Shown: piece after piece, positions 41,201 through 54,029 of the stretch
How the letters are laid out: every line of letters starts with the position of its first letter
Numbering within the stretch: position 1 is the stretch's first letter
Assembly: GCA_964035545.1 (NCBI GenBank)
Contig: OZ037772.1
Coordinates: 434,001 to 498,000, forward strand
Length of the DNA: 64,000 bases
Direction of reading: 5' to 3'
Source of the DNA: Bugula neritina
Lineage: Eukaryota; Animalia; Bryozoa
Program-made: the position numbers and the translations under genes
The notes under the pieces: generated by a model
What the model was told of the DNA's origin: nothing
The model's database searches: none
Seen by the model: the letters and a program-made list of their open reading frames with translations, nothing else

Positions 41201-44200
41201 TAGGAGACGAAATCCTTGCACATGGAGAACATGGTACTGGAAGACATGAGCTTTGACCTTGACCTGCCTCTGACCTTCATAGATGGTGACTGTTGATTGG
41301 CTGAAGCAGAGTTGAAGGCGAACTCCATAGAGGTGAGTTTATTCTCAGAGCTAAGGATCTCGCTCAGACTGTCAATAGAGAAACACAGAGATAGAGCTGC
41401 TCTACTCATACGTGGTGGAAGTTGATAAATGTCAAATAAATACCAAAAATATTTCACTCATTTGTATTGGAAATTGAATGAAATCAGTAGAAAGTAAACG
41501 AAATATTAGAATTATCAAATAGCAAAGACGTTATGTTGTTGGCAATTTAATTAACTATTTTCTCAAATCAATGTTATAAAGTATAAAACATAGTCCCAGA
41601 AAAACTCCACTGACAAAAATTGAACTTAAATTGGTGATCGAGCCAGCCCTAACATGTAAACACTAGATTTATCCCAGTGATTAGGCCAACAAAACTAAAC
41701 TATAAGATTCTTAGGCAGATGCGAGGAGTAGTTAGTGGAACTGTTATAGTGCAGACCATACTTAGCCTTAGTAGCTAGATTACCTGGTAACCTGCTGATT
41801 GAGGGGGGTTAAGGAACTCTTCCAACTGTCACCTGGGTTGGAGAAGACAGCCAGACACTCCTCATGAGGTGAGTTTCTGTGAAGTAACTCTCACATGTCT
41901 GCTAGTCTCTCCTCAAACTTGGACACAGTGAAGTGTGTGTATCTATTGAGTTGTTTATCCGTTACCTTTACAACCATAACATTGTCCACTTCTTCCTGTT
42001 CAAATATCTAGAACAGACAGACGCATGGTGTAACATATTTACACGAATATTTATAAATGTATATATATAAATAAACAAGTGTATGTGAGTGTATGTGTGT
42101 GTGTGGTGCGTGTGTGGTCTGTGTGTGCGTGCATGTATCTGTGTGTATTATTGACACAATCAAAGGCAAAATTCAACCTAAACAATTTTATCAATAGCTG
42201 GGTAGAAAGTACGGATCACATAATTTTTGTGAAAAAAAAACTTTTACACATGATAATTGAAAAACTAAAATAAAAATGCATATTTTTAATATCATCTGGT
42301 ACATGCTTTAATTATGGCAGACACAAGGCATGCACAGAGAAAGATAATTTCTTTAGTACATACTGTGGGTAATGCTGATGTGGACACTATGAACAATGCA
42401 AGTATTATACAGGAGTTGTCTACTCTTTGAAAACAGATAACTTGCTGTAGGCATTGACTTTAATTGAATCAGTTTATTGCCTTCCCTTATAAGAAGAGCG
42501 ACCTTATAAAGGTCAGTTTTACCCGACTCTACAATAAATAGGAGTAACTCAGACTAACATTATAGGCCCTCCTGGGTTATTTTATCATGTAGTTTTCTCA
42601 TCATACGTTACAACTCATTAGGATCTGGTAGTAGGAAAATATAAAAAAGATATTTTAATTTAGGAGGAAAAACTGAAAAGTTACCAAAATCGAAGATGAG
42701 GTCTAGCGGAATATTAAGAAACTTCTCACAACAAAGTAATTAGCAATGAAGGGTCAGAGGTCAAGCATACACCAAATCTAGCAAATTTATTATCTTTAAC
42801 AGCCTCTCAATGAAACCATGCCATGCCTAGTTCATGTCATAGCAACATACAACTGAGGGGGTGGGGGGGAGCATGACTAGGTTAGGAGAACATAACTCTG
42901 AAAAGAAAACAATGAGCTGTGTAATTATGTATGTTGATTTTCCAGGTACAGCAGGTGTAGAGCTCAAAGGATTACCAAATTTTAATATTGATATAGAATG
43001 CAATATTGAGTTTTAAAGGCAGTCATAAAAATGAAAAAGAAATAAAAGTAATGGCGCTGTGATGAATACAGATAATTAAAGCTGAAACTTCTGAACTTTC
43101 TAAAACCACACTATGAGAGACTACGCCGCCGTTGCAATCAACAATTGCAAATAAATGTTGTAAAAACTCATATTTCTTTTTTATTTGCTTCCACAACAAT
43201 GCTGAAGGAGATGAAGACTATGAGTGAAAACAACACAACCCTTTCTCTCTTACAGATCTAGATTGAGTATAGATTCACCATAATCCATTAGAGGGTATCG
43301 AGACACCAAATTACCGACCCCTACTAACTGAAGCTCACCACTAGGAACTGAAGCTAGGCTCTTCACAGCCACTTCCTCTTTGCCTCCTTTTAGGTGTTTG
43401 AGTCCCGCAGACTGGAGAGGAAGCGCTGGGCCGAGGAGATGGTAGGTAAAGAGTCCGTCAGCACGGCAGTGTGTGTGCGCTGCTTTACCTGCAACGGAGT
43501 ATTTAGAAATATTCTCAGCAAAAACATTTCAATCACTGACTGTGTAGTTACAGTGAAAGTATAATAATACCATAATATATAAGTCATCATAACATTGAAG
43601 TATACAATGATAACTAAACATATATGCCGAGTGATGACCAATGTGCGTGGGAACATTAATATATACACATCAAACGACCAATATGCTTGGGGAATACTAA
43701 TGAAGACATGACTGTACACAATAAACAGGCTTACTGATCATTCTTCGCTTCCTCAATCTTAGTCTTGGCAAACAGGAAGTCCTTAGGAATGCTGGAGGAC
43801 GTGCGTTTAGATGGGTCAACGCCGGCGAGGTGATTAAAGTGGAAATAGAGATCACCACCGATAATAACTCGGTCTACCTACAGACATGATAACAGGAAAT
43901 GATTCAAGATTGAAAATATTACACTAAACTAGCATAGTAAATAAACTACAAACACTAATCTATCAGTTTCATAAGCAATTTCATCACCCATATAATTGGA
44001 TAGAATCAAGTAGAGTTTGTCACCTAATACACTTCACAATTGCTATAAAATCGAAAATGTAACGCTGTAGAAATTTTGTAAGCAAATTAGAAATGTTAAT
44101 TGACGAGTTTTATACACAATTGCATCACACATGTAACTAAAAAGAATTTAGCATGAGCAAGTGCATTCCATAATTTCTTACAGGTTATTCTAATACTTAA

Positions 44201-47200
44201 ACACCACAAGGTTCATATATACAGTATAAGTAATGCAGTCATACAGTGTCATTAGATGCACATAGCTAGCAGAATCTGGCCACACAGTAAGCTGGCAGGT
44301 CCACAGTCAGTGAGGTTACAGTTCACACGTCTTACGTGGTTCAGTGTCATTGAGTCCACAATCTGCTCTCCATTCACAAAAGTGGGAGCTTCCTTATCAA
44401 TAGGAGTTATCACCACCTGGTTATCTTTATGCACCAACAGACTGTAACAAGGACACTACATCTGAACAGATTGACTTTTGACTTTTTTTCTTTAATATTT
44501 GTTCATGCCTACTTATATTATAGCCAGTATTTACACTGAATTTCACAACGTGTTGTCATGTCTGTGATATGCAATCAATCAATCAATCGAATCACCAATC
44601 AACTAAAACTGCGTCTTCTTTCGAGATGTGACTTAAATTTAACACTTTACTCTACACCACCACGTTCTCTATGACATAGTATTCTATTTGAAAATTAAGA
44701 AATGCTTGCTTTTTAAGTACCACATGTATACTTGGACCAAATGTAACTGTAAGAATACCGTAGATAGTAAAACAATTTGTGTCGAAAGTACAAACACGAA
44801 GAATAATACCACCAAGATCAAAAGATTTGGCAGCAAATTATACTTCATTACAATTACAAACTAATGCATAGTTACACTGATTGAAATTGAGTTATACTTC
44901 ACTTTACTAATATATTGATGGATTGGTTTATTACATATCACAGACATGAAAACATGTTGTGAAAGTCAGTGTAAATACTGGCCATAAAAAGTAGGCATGA
45001 ATAAAATTGAAAAAAGAAAAAAGTCAGAACTCTGTTGGATTATTTAAAATAAAAGATCATTTAAAGCATTAACAAGGTATCTCTGCCCCATGCTTCTCTA
45101 TATTTAATGGTTTGATATCCTGGTATTGGCAGTAAGTCATATTTCACTATACTAATAAGCTGAATAAATGACAAATTTTATTAGAATTAATTAACTTTAA
45201 CCAGAAATGCTATTTCACTTTCTATAGAAAAGTTACTGTTTAAGGGCAGACAATCACTAATACTCACCAGTATGTACGAGGGTAGACAATTACTAGTACT
45301 CACTCTCAAGGGCAGATAATTACTAGTACTTATGAATATGATCAAGGGCAGACAATTACTAATACTCATCAGCATGTTCAAGGGTAAACAATTACTAATA
45401 TTTATCAATGTGATCAAGGGCAGACAATTACTAATACTCATCAGCATATTCAAGGGCAGACAACTACTAATATTCACCAGTATGTTCGAGGGCGGATGCC
45501 TCTTCTCTCACATTTTCCTCAACCAGTTTCTGTTTCAACTGCCAATCTCTCTGCTGATTTTCCAAGTTCAACTCTTTCTCCTAAACACAAGCATGACTTG
45601 ATATATATAACTGTCCTACAGTAACAGCAGTAGTCACATGTATTGAGATACAAAAGAGGTATTATAAGTATAGACAACAACTTGGCAGTCAAACAGATCT
45701 GAAATTTATAGTCTTTGTCTGGTTTGTAGTCTAACATCAGCTCTAAATTAAATTAAAAAGAATGCATTACGAAATGCAATACATAGTAACCGCCTATGAT
45801 TTATTTAGAATAGACTACATTATATATATTATTGTATACATTATATAATATCATATAACATGGCAAATATCACATAATACTGTATAAATTATACAGTATT
45901 ATATAGTATATAATATTACCCCGCCACACGCGCAGGACCACGGCGGTGAAAGGTGACCAAAGATGATCATAGTAAATAATATTACATATAATTATATTTT
46001 ATAAAATTATTTTATAAAACTACTATAATGTTTACGTAACGTCATAAAACAACCGACTACAGACACGAGAGGAAGTTGTATCACCTTCAGAGCTTTGCGA
46101 AGATCCACAATCCCCTGCATGGTGGAGAGACTGTCCCGCCCTAACCTGATTGCTTGGCCCTCAGTCTACCTTTCTCAGCCCACAGCTCTCTGATCAACTT
46201 GACAATGAGATTTTTATTTACTCTAGCGAGGTTGACTATAGAACGGGCTGTAGATGTGAAGAAAACATGCTACCCAACACCAAGATTCATACCCTCAATT
46301 ATAACTTTTCAAAAGAAAAATAAAAATTGTAGAAACTTTGGAAGTTAGATGTGTTTTCAAAATGTGAAGTAAAAAACACAATCCAAAAAGAATATAACCA
46401 ATCACATGACTTGTTACATATTTAGACGCTGAACACTTTTTAAATGAAGCAGATAATCATAAGTGGGCTGAAAAGCATATTACAGTAGCTAGTTAAAAAC
46501 ACACATACTCCCACTTTTCTCATAAACTGTAAATACGCCCACACTCACATTGGTACCTGAACTCATACTGAAAGCGTTGCTCATAGCTGGTTCATATTGA
46601 TACTGATATCATGAAGTTAATAATGATATTCATCCTCAATAGTAAAGTTAGTAAATGGTATTGATTCACCCACAATGACAATTACTTGCAAAAGTTATAT
46701 ATTATTTATTTATTGACTTGGTGAGTTATTTAATTTTATCAGTTATAATGTGTATCATTCAAATGCGAATGTTGAAAATGATCTAGTCAATTTGATTACC
46801 TCATACTAATTTCGATTCATCACAATTGTCGCAATAATTTTGCCAATAATTTAGTTTCACGATGCTCATTCAGTGATTGACAGCTAGTCTTACATTGACC
46901 TTCAAGCCTAAAGCAACAGAATCTAACAGTAAGTGTAACTATAAGATTAAGTATATTTAGTTTACTATCAAGTATTAACATTACCACGTAAAATTAAAAT
47001 CTGTCAGTGTCTATAAAATTAAATTCTATAAAGCAAAATTACAAACCATTTTTATTCATGCTCTAACTTTGAAACCAGTGATACAAAAATAGTGTCATAT
47101 CACTATTTGATATTCATGATGATATTGTTCTTGTAATTGATGTTCACATTCTGTTAATGTTATTCGTATTGATATTATTATTGGTATTGTGATACTGATC

Positions 47201-47600
47201 GTCATTCTGATTTAGTGAATTTCACTATGATTGTGGTTGCCCCTGGCCTGGCAACTGGCTCTTCTCATTGCCACACTCAGTCAGTCACTCGTACTGAGAG
47301 TGAGTACGCCGTACGGTATTCACACTCACAGTGATTGTCGTTGGGATTGTCAATATTGTCATACTGATACTCATAGTCATTCAACCATACTCATTGTGAT
47401 TCACAGCGAATGCTTGAGTGAATTGATACTGATAGCACATTGAGCTTGACATTAGGCATTAATTGATTAATTTCAAGTGATTATCTTTTACTTCGAGTTT
47501 TACCTCGTAGTCGTTGGGTTCAGCTTCAACTTGGTGTTGGTTTCAAAGTTGAAGCATCAGGATATTGTGAATATGAAGAGAAGATGAAGCAGCTGTTTGG
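38270..47600 (-). pseudogene. KIF14: KIF14-like kinesin-3 pseudogene lacking motor-domain exons
   Basis: Neck exon about 46085-46234 (VNLARVNKNLIVKLIRELWAE). FHA exons about 44337-44439 (TFVNGEQI..LNH) and 43735-43876 (DRVIIGGDLYFHFNH..PKDFLFAK). Exon about 41784-42007 (VKVTDKQL..SKFEERLADM*EL). Further exons at about 45480-45580, 43338-43487, 41183-41400, 40630-40760, 39652-39824, 39158-39300, 38787-38972 and 38270-38486. Stops and frameshifts present. Confidence 0.8.
45245..45495. repeat. About 36-bp minisatellite (CAAGGGCAGACAATTACTAATACTCATCAGCATGTT) beginning at a splice donor
   Basis: About 7 units. Confidence 0.85.
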
Positions 47601-48037
47601 GGTGTAAACAAACCTAAATAGTACGCAAAAATTATAAATACTAAACGAAGAAATCAGCGGCGATGAAAAGCACCGCTTGTTACAGGGTTTCTAAATTTAT
47701 ATTGCTATAGTGATGAGAAATCGCTTGAAGCAGCATTGAATAGGTAGTCACCGAGTGTATTGACTTAAGAGCATCAAGTTTAAAATGCAAACAAATTCTT
47801 ACACAAACTTTGCACGTGGTCACTACTCATTCGGTGCTGCTTCTAGTGATCTTCAGAACAACAATAATGGTGACAGACAGTGAGCGTAACGCATGATAGT
47901 TTGAAAAATCTGTAAGTTTATAAATTTATATTGCAGTTGCTTGTAGATAGTGCTAGTATATTAATAGTGATAAATTGATTTATAATTATGTTTTATTGTT
48001 ATACTATTGTACTTGTAGCCTATATATATATATATAT

Positions 48038-48195
48038 ATATACTGTGAGTTATTATATTATATACTGTGAGTTATTATATTATATACTATGAGGCATTAT
48101 ACTATATACTATGAGTTATTATATTATATACTATGAGTTATTATATTATATACTATGAGTTATTATATTATATACTATGAGGCATTATAATATTA
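48038..48195. repeat. About 23-bp AT-rich minisatellite
   Basis: TATACTATGAGTTATTATATTA units. Confidence 0.85.
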
Positions 48196-48199
48196 TAAA

Positions 48200-50289
48200 C
48201 TGTTTCCCCAACAATGAGTGGAGACACAACTCCAACAAATGGCCAGTTGATGCTCCAATGACCACGGCTCTCTTCACAGAAGGTGTGACAACTCTACAGG
48301 GGGACTATGTCCAAGGGTTGGGCTACTACGAGTACGTCCCGCAATACTTCAGATGTTCTGCTTTTTTCTTTAAACCCTTTATACTATACTAAAATTTATG
48401 TTAGATTTCTAGTTAAGCTTCCAGGCTACGTTACATCCAGAGCCTTTGCAGACACGCTGCCTGCAGCTCAGACACATGCAGACACTTGGCAATAGCTGCC
48501 AGTGAACTGATTCACTAGTGAAATAATATTGATAGTGTCATCCATGTGTCATGTTAGATTATTGGTATAATGAGGTTACATCAGTGATGATTAAAATTAC
48601 TTGTCAGTCTAGTTCACAATAATGCCTTTGCTGTCTATTTCTCTACATTCTTTACATTCCACAACATTGCTTGGCTATTTCTTTAAACCTCTACATTATA
48701 GCCTACGGCATTCATAGTCTGTTGCATTAGATATGAAGTCATGGAATATAGAAGAACCACGTTTATGTGAATCTCACACAAGTTCTGATTGGTTCTTGTG
48801 AATCTCACACAAGCTCTGATTGGTCTCATTACCTGTCTAATTACAAATATTGACAGAAGAAGACTTTAACTAACTGAAACTCTATCTCTATATTGATAAT
48901 CTGCTTTAGTAAAAAGTGAGTACCTGGGGTGGAGAGAGCCAGTTCTCAGGAAGCTGATTATAGAGAGGGCTGAAGGAGCTGATTTTGTGCCAGTCTTGGA
49001 GACAGAGCAGGTTTTGGCCGGGACGGCTTTGAGAGTAACGATTAATGTGACAGCGGAGTTTGAAAGTCATCAACTTGAAGTGAGTGTGGATGCTTACCCA
49101 CGTCTGCTGATTATAAACGAGTGTAGAGTTTTATTTACTGGGAAGCGGTTTGTTTTACCCCCTCATAAGTGCAGAGAGGTAAATTTTCAGTTTCGTGGAA
49201 CAGTTGATTTAGTTTATACAAAACACTCTCAATGCACTCTTCTAGAATACAAAGTTACAAGCTACAGGCTACAAAGTTATATAAGACATGCGTTATTGGA
49301 GGTGAAAAAGGTTTTGTTTTCTCTTTTTATTTTTCTTTATTTACTGATTATAGATATTTATTTTGAAAAGTTTTTGTCAACCACTGAGAGTTCCAAACAC
49401 AGATGCGGGCGGTGACTTTAAGCAGTGTTACAAGTTCTGTACCTTTGAGGCTCAATGTCAAGGGATTCCAGGGTCCACCTGCCACCTTAGTGAGTTGTCT
49501 TCTCACAGCATACAGTTTGAAGTATGCTTATCAACTACCTAGTATGCTGAAACAAATGTGGGTTTTTAGTGTATAAGTGCTTTCTGACTCTCTTCAGTTT
49601 GTATAATACAAGAACCCAGTAGAATCACTGAATTGGTATAACATAGATATATATTCATCAGAAATGTACATGATGTAGCAGTGCAGCCCAATGAAGTCAT
49701 TCGGAAAGTTAAATGATGTTCTTTTAGACATTGCTCTGTAGAACTCAGACTGAGCATGTGACATCCAGGTTCCGAGTGTATTACCATCAGTGGTGGAGAC
49801 GAAGGAGGTTGTTGGTGTACAGGGGGTACTCACTACTACAACCGAGCTTGTGTACCTGGCATTACTAGTAAGTGTGTATCTAAAGACAAGCAGAGTGACA
49901 GATGAACTGACAAACTGACTGGCTAACTGGCTGGCTGACTGACTGACTGACTGACTGACTGACTGACTGACTGACTGACTGACTGACTGGCTTACTGGCT
50001 GGCTGACTCACTGACTGACTGACTGACAGGTAAACAGATAGGTAAATATTGATCACATATATAGTGAAGCTACCAACTGAGACCCAGACTGTGTTTTGAT
50101 TTAGCATATACTGGTATATGATATCTTTCTACAATGTGTTTACAGTTTACTCTACAAAGTATAGTTCCATCAGATGGACTCACTCTACTCACGTGTAAGA
50201 CTCATCAAGAATGTCTACCCAATCAGATCTGTGTTAACGAGGTGTGCACACTGACGTGTGAAAGTGACTCTGAGTGTACATTCAACCAG
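48200..50289 (+). pseudogene. Unidentified gene fragments ending in Cys-rich exons
   Basis: Exon-like pieces at about 48200-48352, 48915-49310, 49742-49868 (EC..GGCWCTGGTHYYNRACVP) and 50174-50289 (CKTHQECLPNQICVNEVCTLTCESDSECTFNQ, AG/GT bounded). Confidence 0.5.
49905..50027. repeat. (GACT)n microsatellite
   Basis: Seen directly. Confidence 0.95.
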
Positions 50290-50924
50290 GTTAGATACTG
50301 CATACATGTCTCTATCATAGCAGGTATTTCACAAACTATTCTGAAACCCATACTTTTATTGTTCATTGTCTACGTATTCTCCACCATATTTTTACTAGAA
50401 GTAAACTTTATTTCAGTAATGAGTTTAAAATAAATTATTGTTTCGCATTGTACAGTTTATTATTGCCTGAATCTTGTAATAAGAATATTGACAATATTAG
50501 AGCAGCTATGTGATTGGCTTAACAATACCAGAGCAGGGATTTGATTGGCTTAGCAATATCAGTGCAGCGATGTGATTAGTTTTACAATATCAAAGCAGGG
50601 ATGTGATTGGCTACTCTGTTCTGTTCTGCAGGGCTTCAGAGGAGACGAGGGGAAACGGGATTGCCCTGTGCTGTAGGAGATGCTGGAAAACCCGGACCTC
50701 AATGTCCAATGGGAGAGAGCCGGTCGACTGGGCTCAAGAGATTCCTCGGACCAGTCGGTGCTCCTGGTTATCCTGACCTGCAAGAACCGAGGTTGGTGAA
50801 TAGTATCTTTGTGGGGCTCACTGCTTGTGTGGGAGTTGTTTCCTCTGAAATATTTGGAGGTGTAGCTTGAGTTCCTTGCCTTGTGTTATCAGTTAGCCCC
50901 GCCTAGGTGTTTCACAGGTTATTA

Positions 50925-51417
50925 CAGGGTTGGGGTAATTGTAATTTGTTGTATTTAATTACATTTTTTCAAGTAATTGAATGTAATTTGTGATTGATGT
51001 ATAAAAATGTAATTGTAATTGTAATTAATTACATATCTAATGTAATTGATTTTTACAATTACATCTCAATTACTTCAAACTTTTAAATCTTAAGAAATTC
51101 ATTCTTTTTTAACATGCCTACTGTTAAATAACAAGTTCAGGTTAAGTCAATGTAGTATAGTATCAGTGTTGAGAACAAAGGAGGTTCACCACTGTCAAAA
51201 TTGCCCCTGCTAGTTGGACCCTAGAAGTGAAATTGCATAACTTCCATTTGTCCTTTGTGAGAACAAAAGTAATTGTAATTGTAATTAATTGCTCTACAAT
51301 GTAATTTTGTAATGTAATTAATTACAATTATTTCAACTGTAATTATAATTGTAATTGACAAATTCTCATGTAACTGTAATTAATTACATTCACATGTAAT
51401 TGACCCCAACAACCCTG
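50925..51417. mobile_element. hAT-like MITE with 8-bp TSD
   Basis: TIRs CAGGGTTGGGGTAATT and AATTGACCCCAAC(AAC)CCTG; flanks GGTTATTA and GTTTATTA (1 mismatch). Confidence 0.8.
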
Positions 51418-51467
51418 GTTTATTATGGAGCTCATACTTTTATTGTTCAAGGTCTAGATGTATTCTC

Positions 51468-54029
51468 CACAGTTAGTTTAAGGTCATTACTTTCCAGATT
51501 CAGGCACTGCTTTATGTTATATATAAAAGGTTTCCAGGGGATAGCTCGAACAGTTTTTGTCTCACATTAACAAATTTTACATGAAAAGATAGCTCTTGCA
51601 TTCCTCTTTCATATACTTTTTTAATTTTTCAATAAAAAATTTTCTGAGAAAGTTGTTGCATAATAAGTAAAATTTTACACCCTCCATGTTCCACTGCTGT
51701 AGCACAGGGGATTCATTTTATAAAGTCTAAAAGTTAAACTTGACATTCCTTGATATGTTTTCTCTAATATACTTTCTTTGTTTTTTGAAATTCTGTTTAT
51801 GCTCTTCACAATTTGGTAAAAACATACACCATTTTGCAAGTTTCACTGCAATTTTCTAAATTCTTCATATGGTGGTTCTAGCTACGCTCCTGTGACTAAT
51901 TATAACATTCCTAGTACGTTTGCCGCTCTGCGCTATCACAATAACATATAGTACCCTCTCGCACAAATTGGCAATCTATTGGATTTCTGCCAAGATAATG
52001 TTCCCTGTTTTACATTAGCACTTAGCTGAATCATCTCACTATGATACAATAATATATTGAAAATGCCTCAGCACAACATAATTCTTTGTTTGTTTGGCAG
52101 AGTTAATTTCAGCTAAATCACTTCACTTTGCAGTCTTGTCAGTAAAGGTCTGTCTATAGCGCAGCAGGTGTACCTTCAGTTTCTCTAATTCACATATGAT
52201 TATTTTAAGTACATTGTATTCTATAAGATCAATTTAAGGTTTAGTCCAGCGTTCAGTATCTAATTATTATGCATGTATGTTGTCTTACTGTTGAACAAAA
52301 GTTAAAAAAAAACTTTACACTTATAGCCATATTTATTATACATGCGTAGGATTTGCATAAATTGACAAAAAAAATTGCAACAAAACAAGGTTGAACCATG
52401 ACCCACCAACTCGTCGCTGACGCCTCTAACCTCTGGACCACGCAGTCATCGTTAATGAGACGCGCACTATATGAGTCACTATCATTACATAAATATTTCG
52501 CGGCAAACGGGTTATAATTGTTAGGCTGTCAATTCATGTTGATAGCAGTCAACTGTTGCAATAGTCCCGGGTTACTAGCAAAGCTAATGGTTTTGAACAA
52601 ATAACCCAAAAGTTTAAAAATAAGTAGCTTGCGTATTACTAGCTACAAAAACAGGTCTGAAATAGACTGGTAAAGCAAGCTCTTATTGTAGAGTTTGCAG
52701 ATGTGCTCTAAAATAAAACTTAAACTGTATGCTATTACATAAGTATTTGTATGCGAGAGATAAATGGACATTACTGAGTTTCTGGAAAACAACATACTTG
52801 AAGTTAACTTTGACAATGGTGTGTTATTTTCATCATAGCTAGCCTATAGCATGAATCTCTAATCATATGAATCTTTATGAAGCCCACAGCTCATGTAAGG
52901 GTGGCAATGTAATTTGAAATGAACAATTATGTTGCTGCATTGTGTCTAAGGTATATTAGAGAGCAGAATTTGGTTTTAATAGCCTACCCCAACGGCATTC
53001 TACAATGCAGCTTATATGCTGGCAGTTGTAATAAGTACTGTCAATAGCAAGGTTACTATCACTGCTAGCTCTGTGCAGTATGTAACCTCTTGAATAATTG
53101 CGCCAATTTTAAACTCTTGGAAGTTGGCCAAGTTATCATATCGCAGCCAGCCACCGGAGACAAAGCATCAGAGCTATTCATATAATATTATACTGACGCA
53201 CTTGGTAGCAGAGTGGCTAATCTAATATAGTTCATAGTTCAACACCCTTTACTTTGGGAATACAGCCTCTTTTTTTAGGTTTACCTTACAAAGCATGAAA
53301 ATATCTAAACTGATATTCTGATAATTTAGAGGTACATTTTGAAAACTAGGTTAATTGCACTTGTTTGCACAACAACAATAATAAAATAGATATTATGCAG
53401 TATAATAAAAACACACATAATACTATATAATATATTATAATGATAATAATATAATATTATAAGTACCATTACTGCATTTTATAAATCACATGGTTGCCAA
53501 AAAAATGTATCACAAATTTTGTAATTATACATCAAAAATAGAACTAGCTAGGCAGCAGGTTAGAATAGAGTAAATTTTTAAAACATGAAATCATGATTTG
53601 ACTATTGTTTTATTTAGGCCAACCAACCTAGGAATACAAGATTGGGTTTTAGCTGACAGTTTATAACATTTAGCTTTTGAGCCAGCAGCACTGGCACTTG
53701 TGAAGTATAGGCAAAGTTAGTGAAGCGAGACTAACAAGCACTCAAATACAAGGCATATTGAGACACAATAACAAGTCAGGAGCGTATAAATTGAAAAGAA
53801 TGTGGAAGGGGGACTATGTTTTTCAACAAGCTATAACTTAAACATGAATTGGCTTTTGAAAAAAATAAAAAAGTATATTGGAGAACATAAATTTCTTTAT
53901 CTTTTCATATTTTTTTTGTTCCTGTGACATTCAACCTGTTCGAGCTATCAGTGGAACATTGTTCATATAGAACATAAAGCACCTGGCAAAGAGCCAGAAA
54001 ATGAAAAGTATGACCTTAAACCAACTGTG
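51468..54029. mobile_element. Non-autonomous TIR DNA transposon, CAC...GTG ends, 2-bp TSD (TC), CMC/EnSpm-like
   Basis: CACAGTTAGTTTAAGGTCAT versus rc CACAGTTGGTTTAAGGTCAT; imperfect inverted match extends about 85 bp (GATAGCTCGAACAG). Empty site TATTCTCCACCATG at 830-843. Confidence 0.88.
52385..52450 (-). mobile_element. tRNA-derived SINE-like remnant
   Basis: Minus strand TGGTCCAGAGG (A-box-like) ... GGTTCAACC (B-box-like); no full cloverleaf. Confidence 0.4.

Noticed and set aside
41890-41900. In-frame TGA read as selenocysteine or recoding
   Set aside because: Falls at an Arg/Lys position of KIF14, the copy has other lesions, and no SECIS was recognised; CpG decay is the simpler explanation.
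45360-45450. CTGATGAG (minus strand) as additional hammerheads
   Set aside because: No stem II or GAAA follows; part of a minisatellite.
51468-54029. Transib or ProtoRAG-like element
   Set aside because: TSD is 2 bp, not 5 bp; no nonamer or RAG-like ORF seen.
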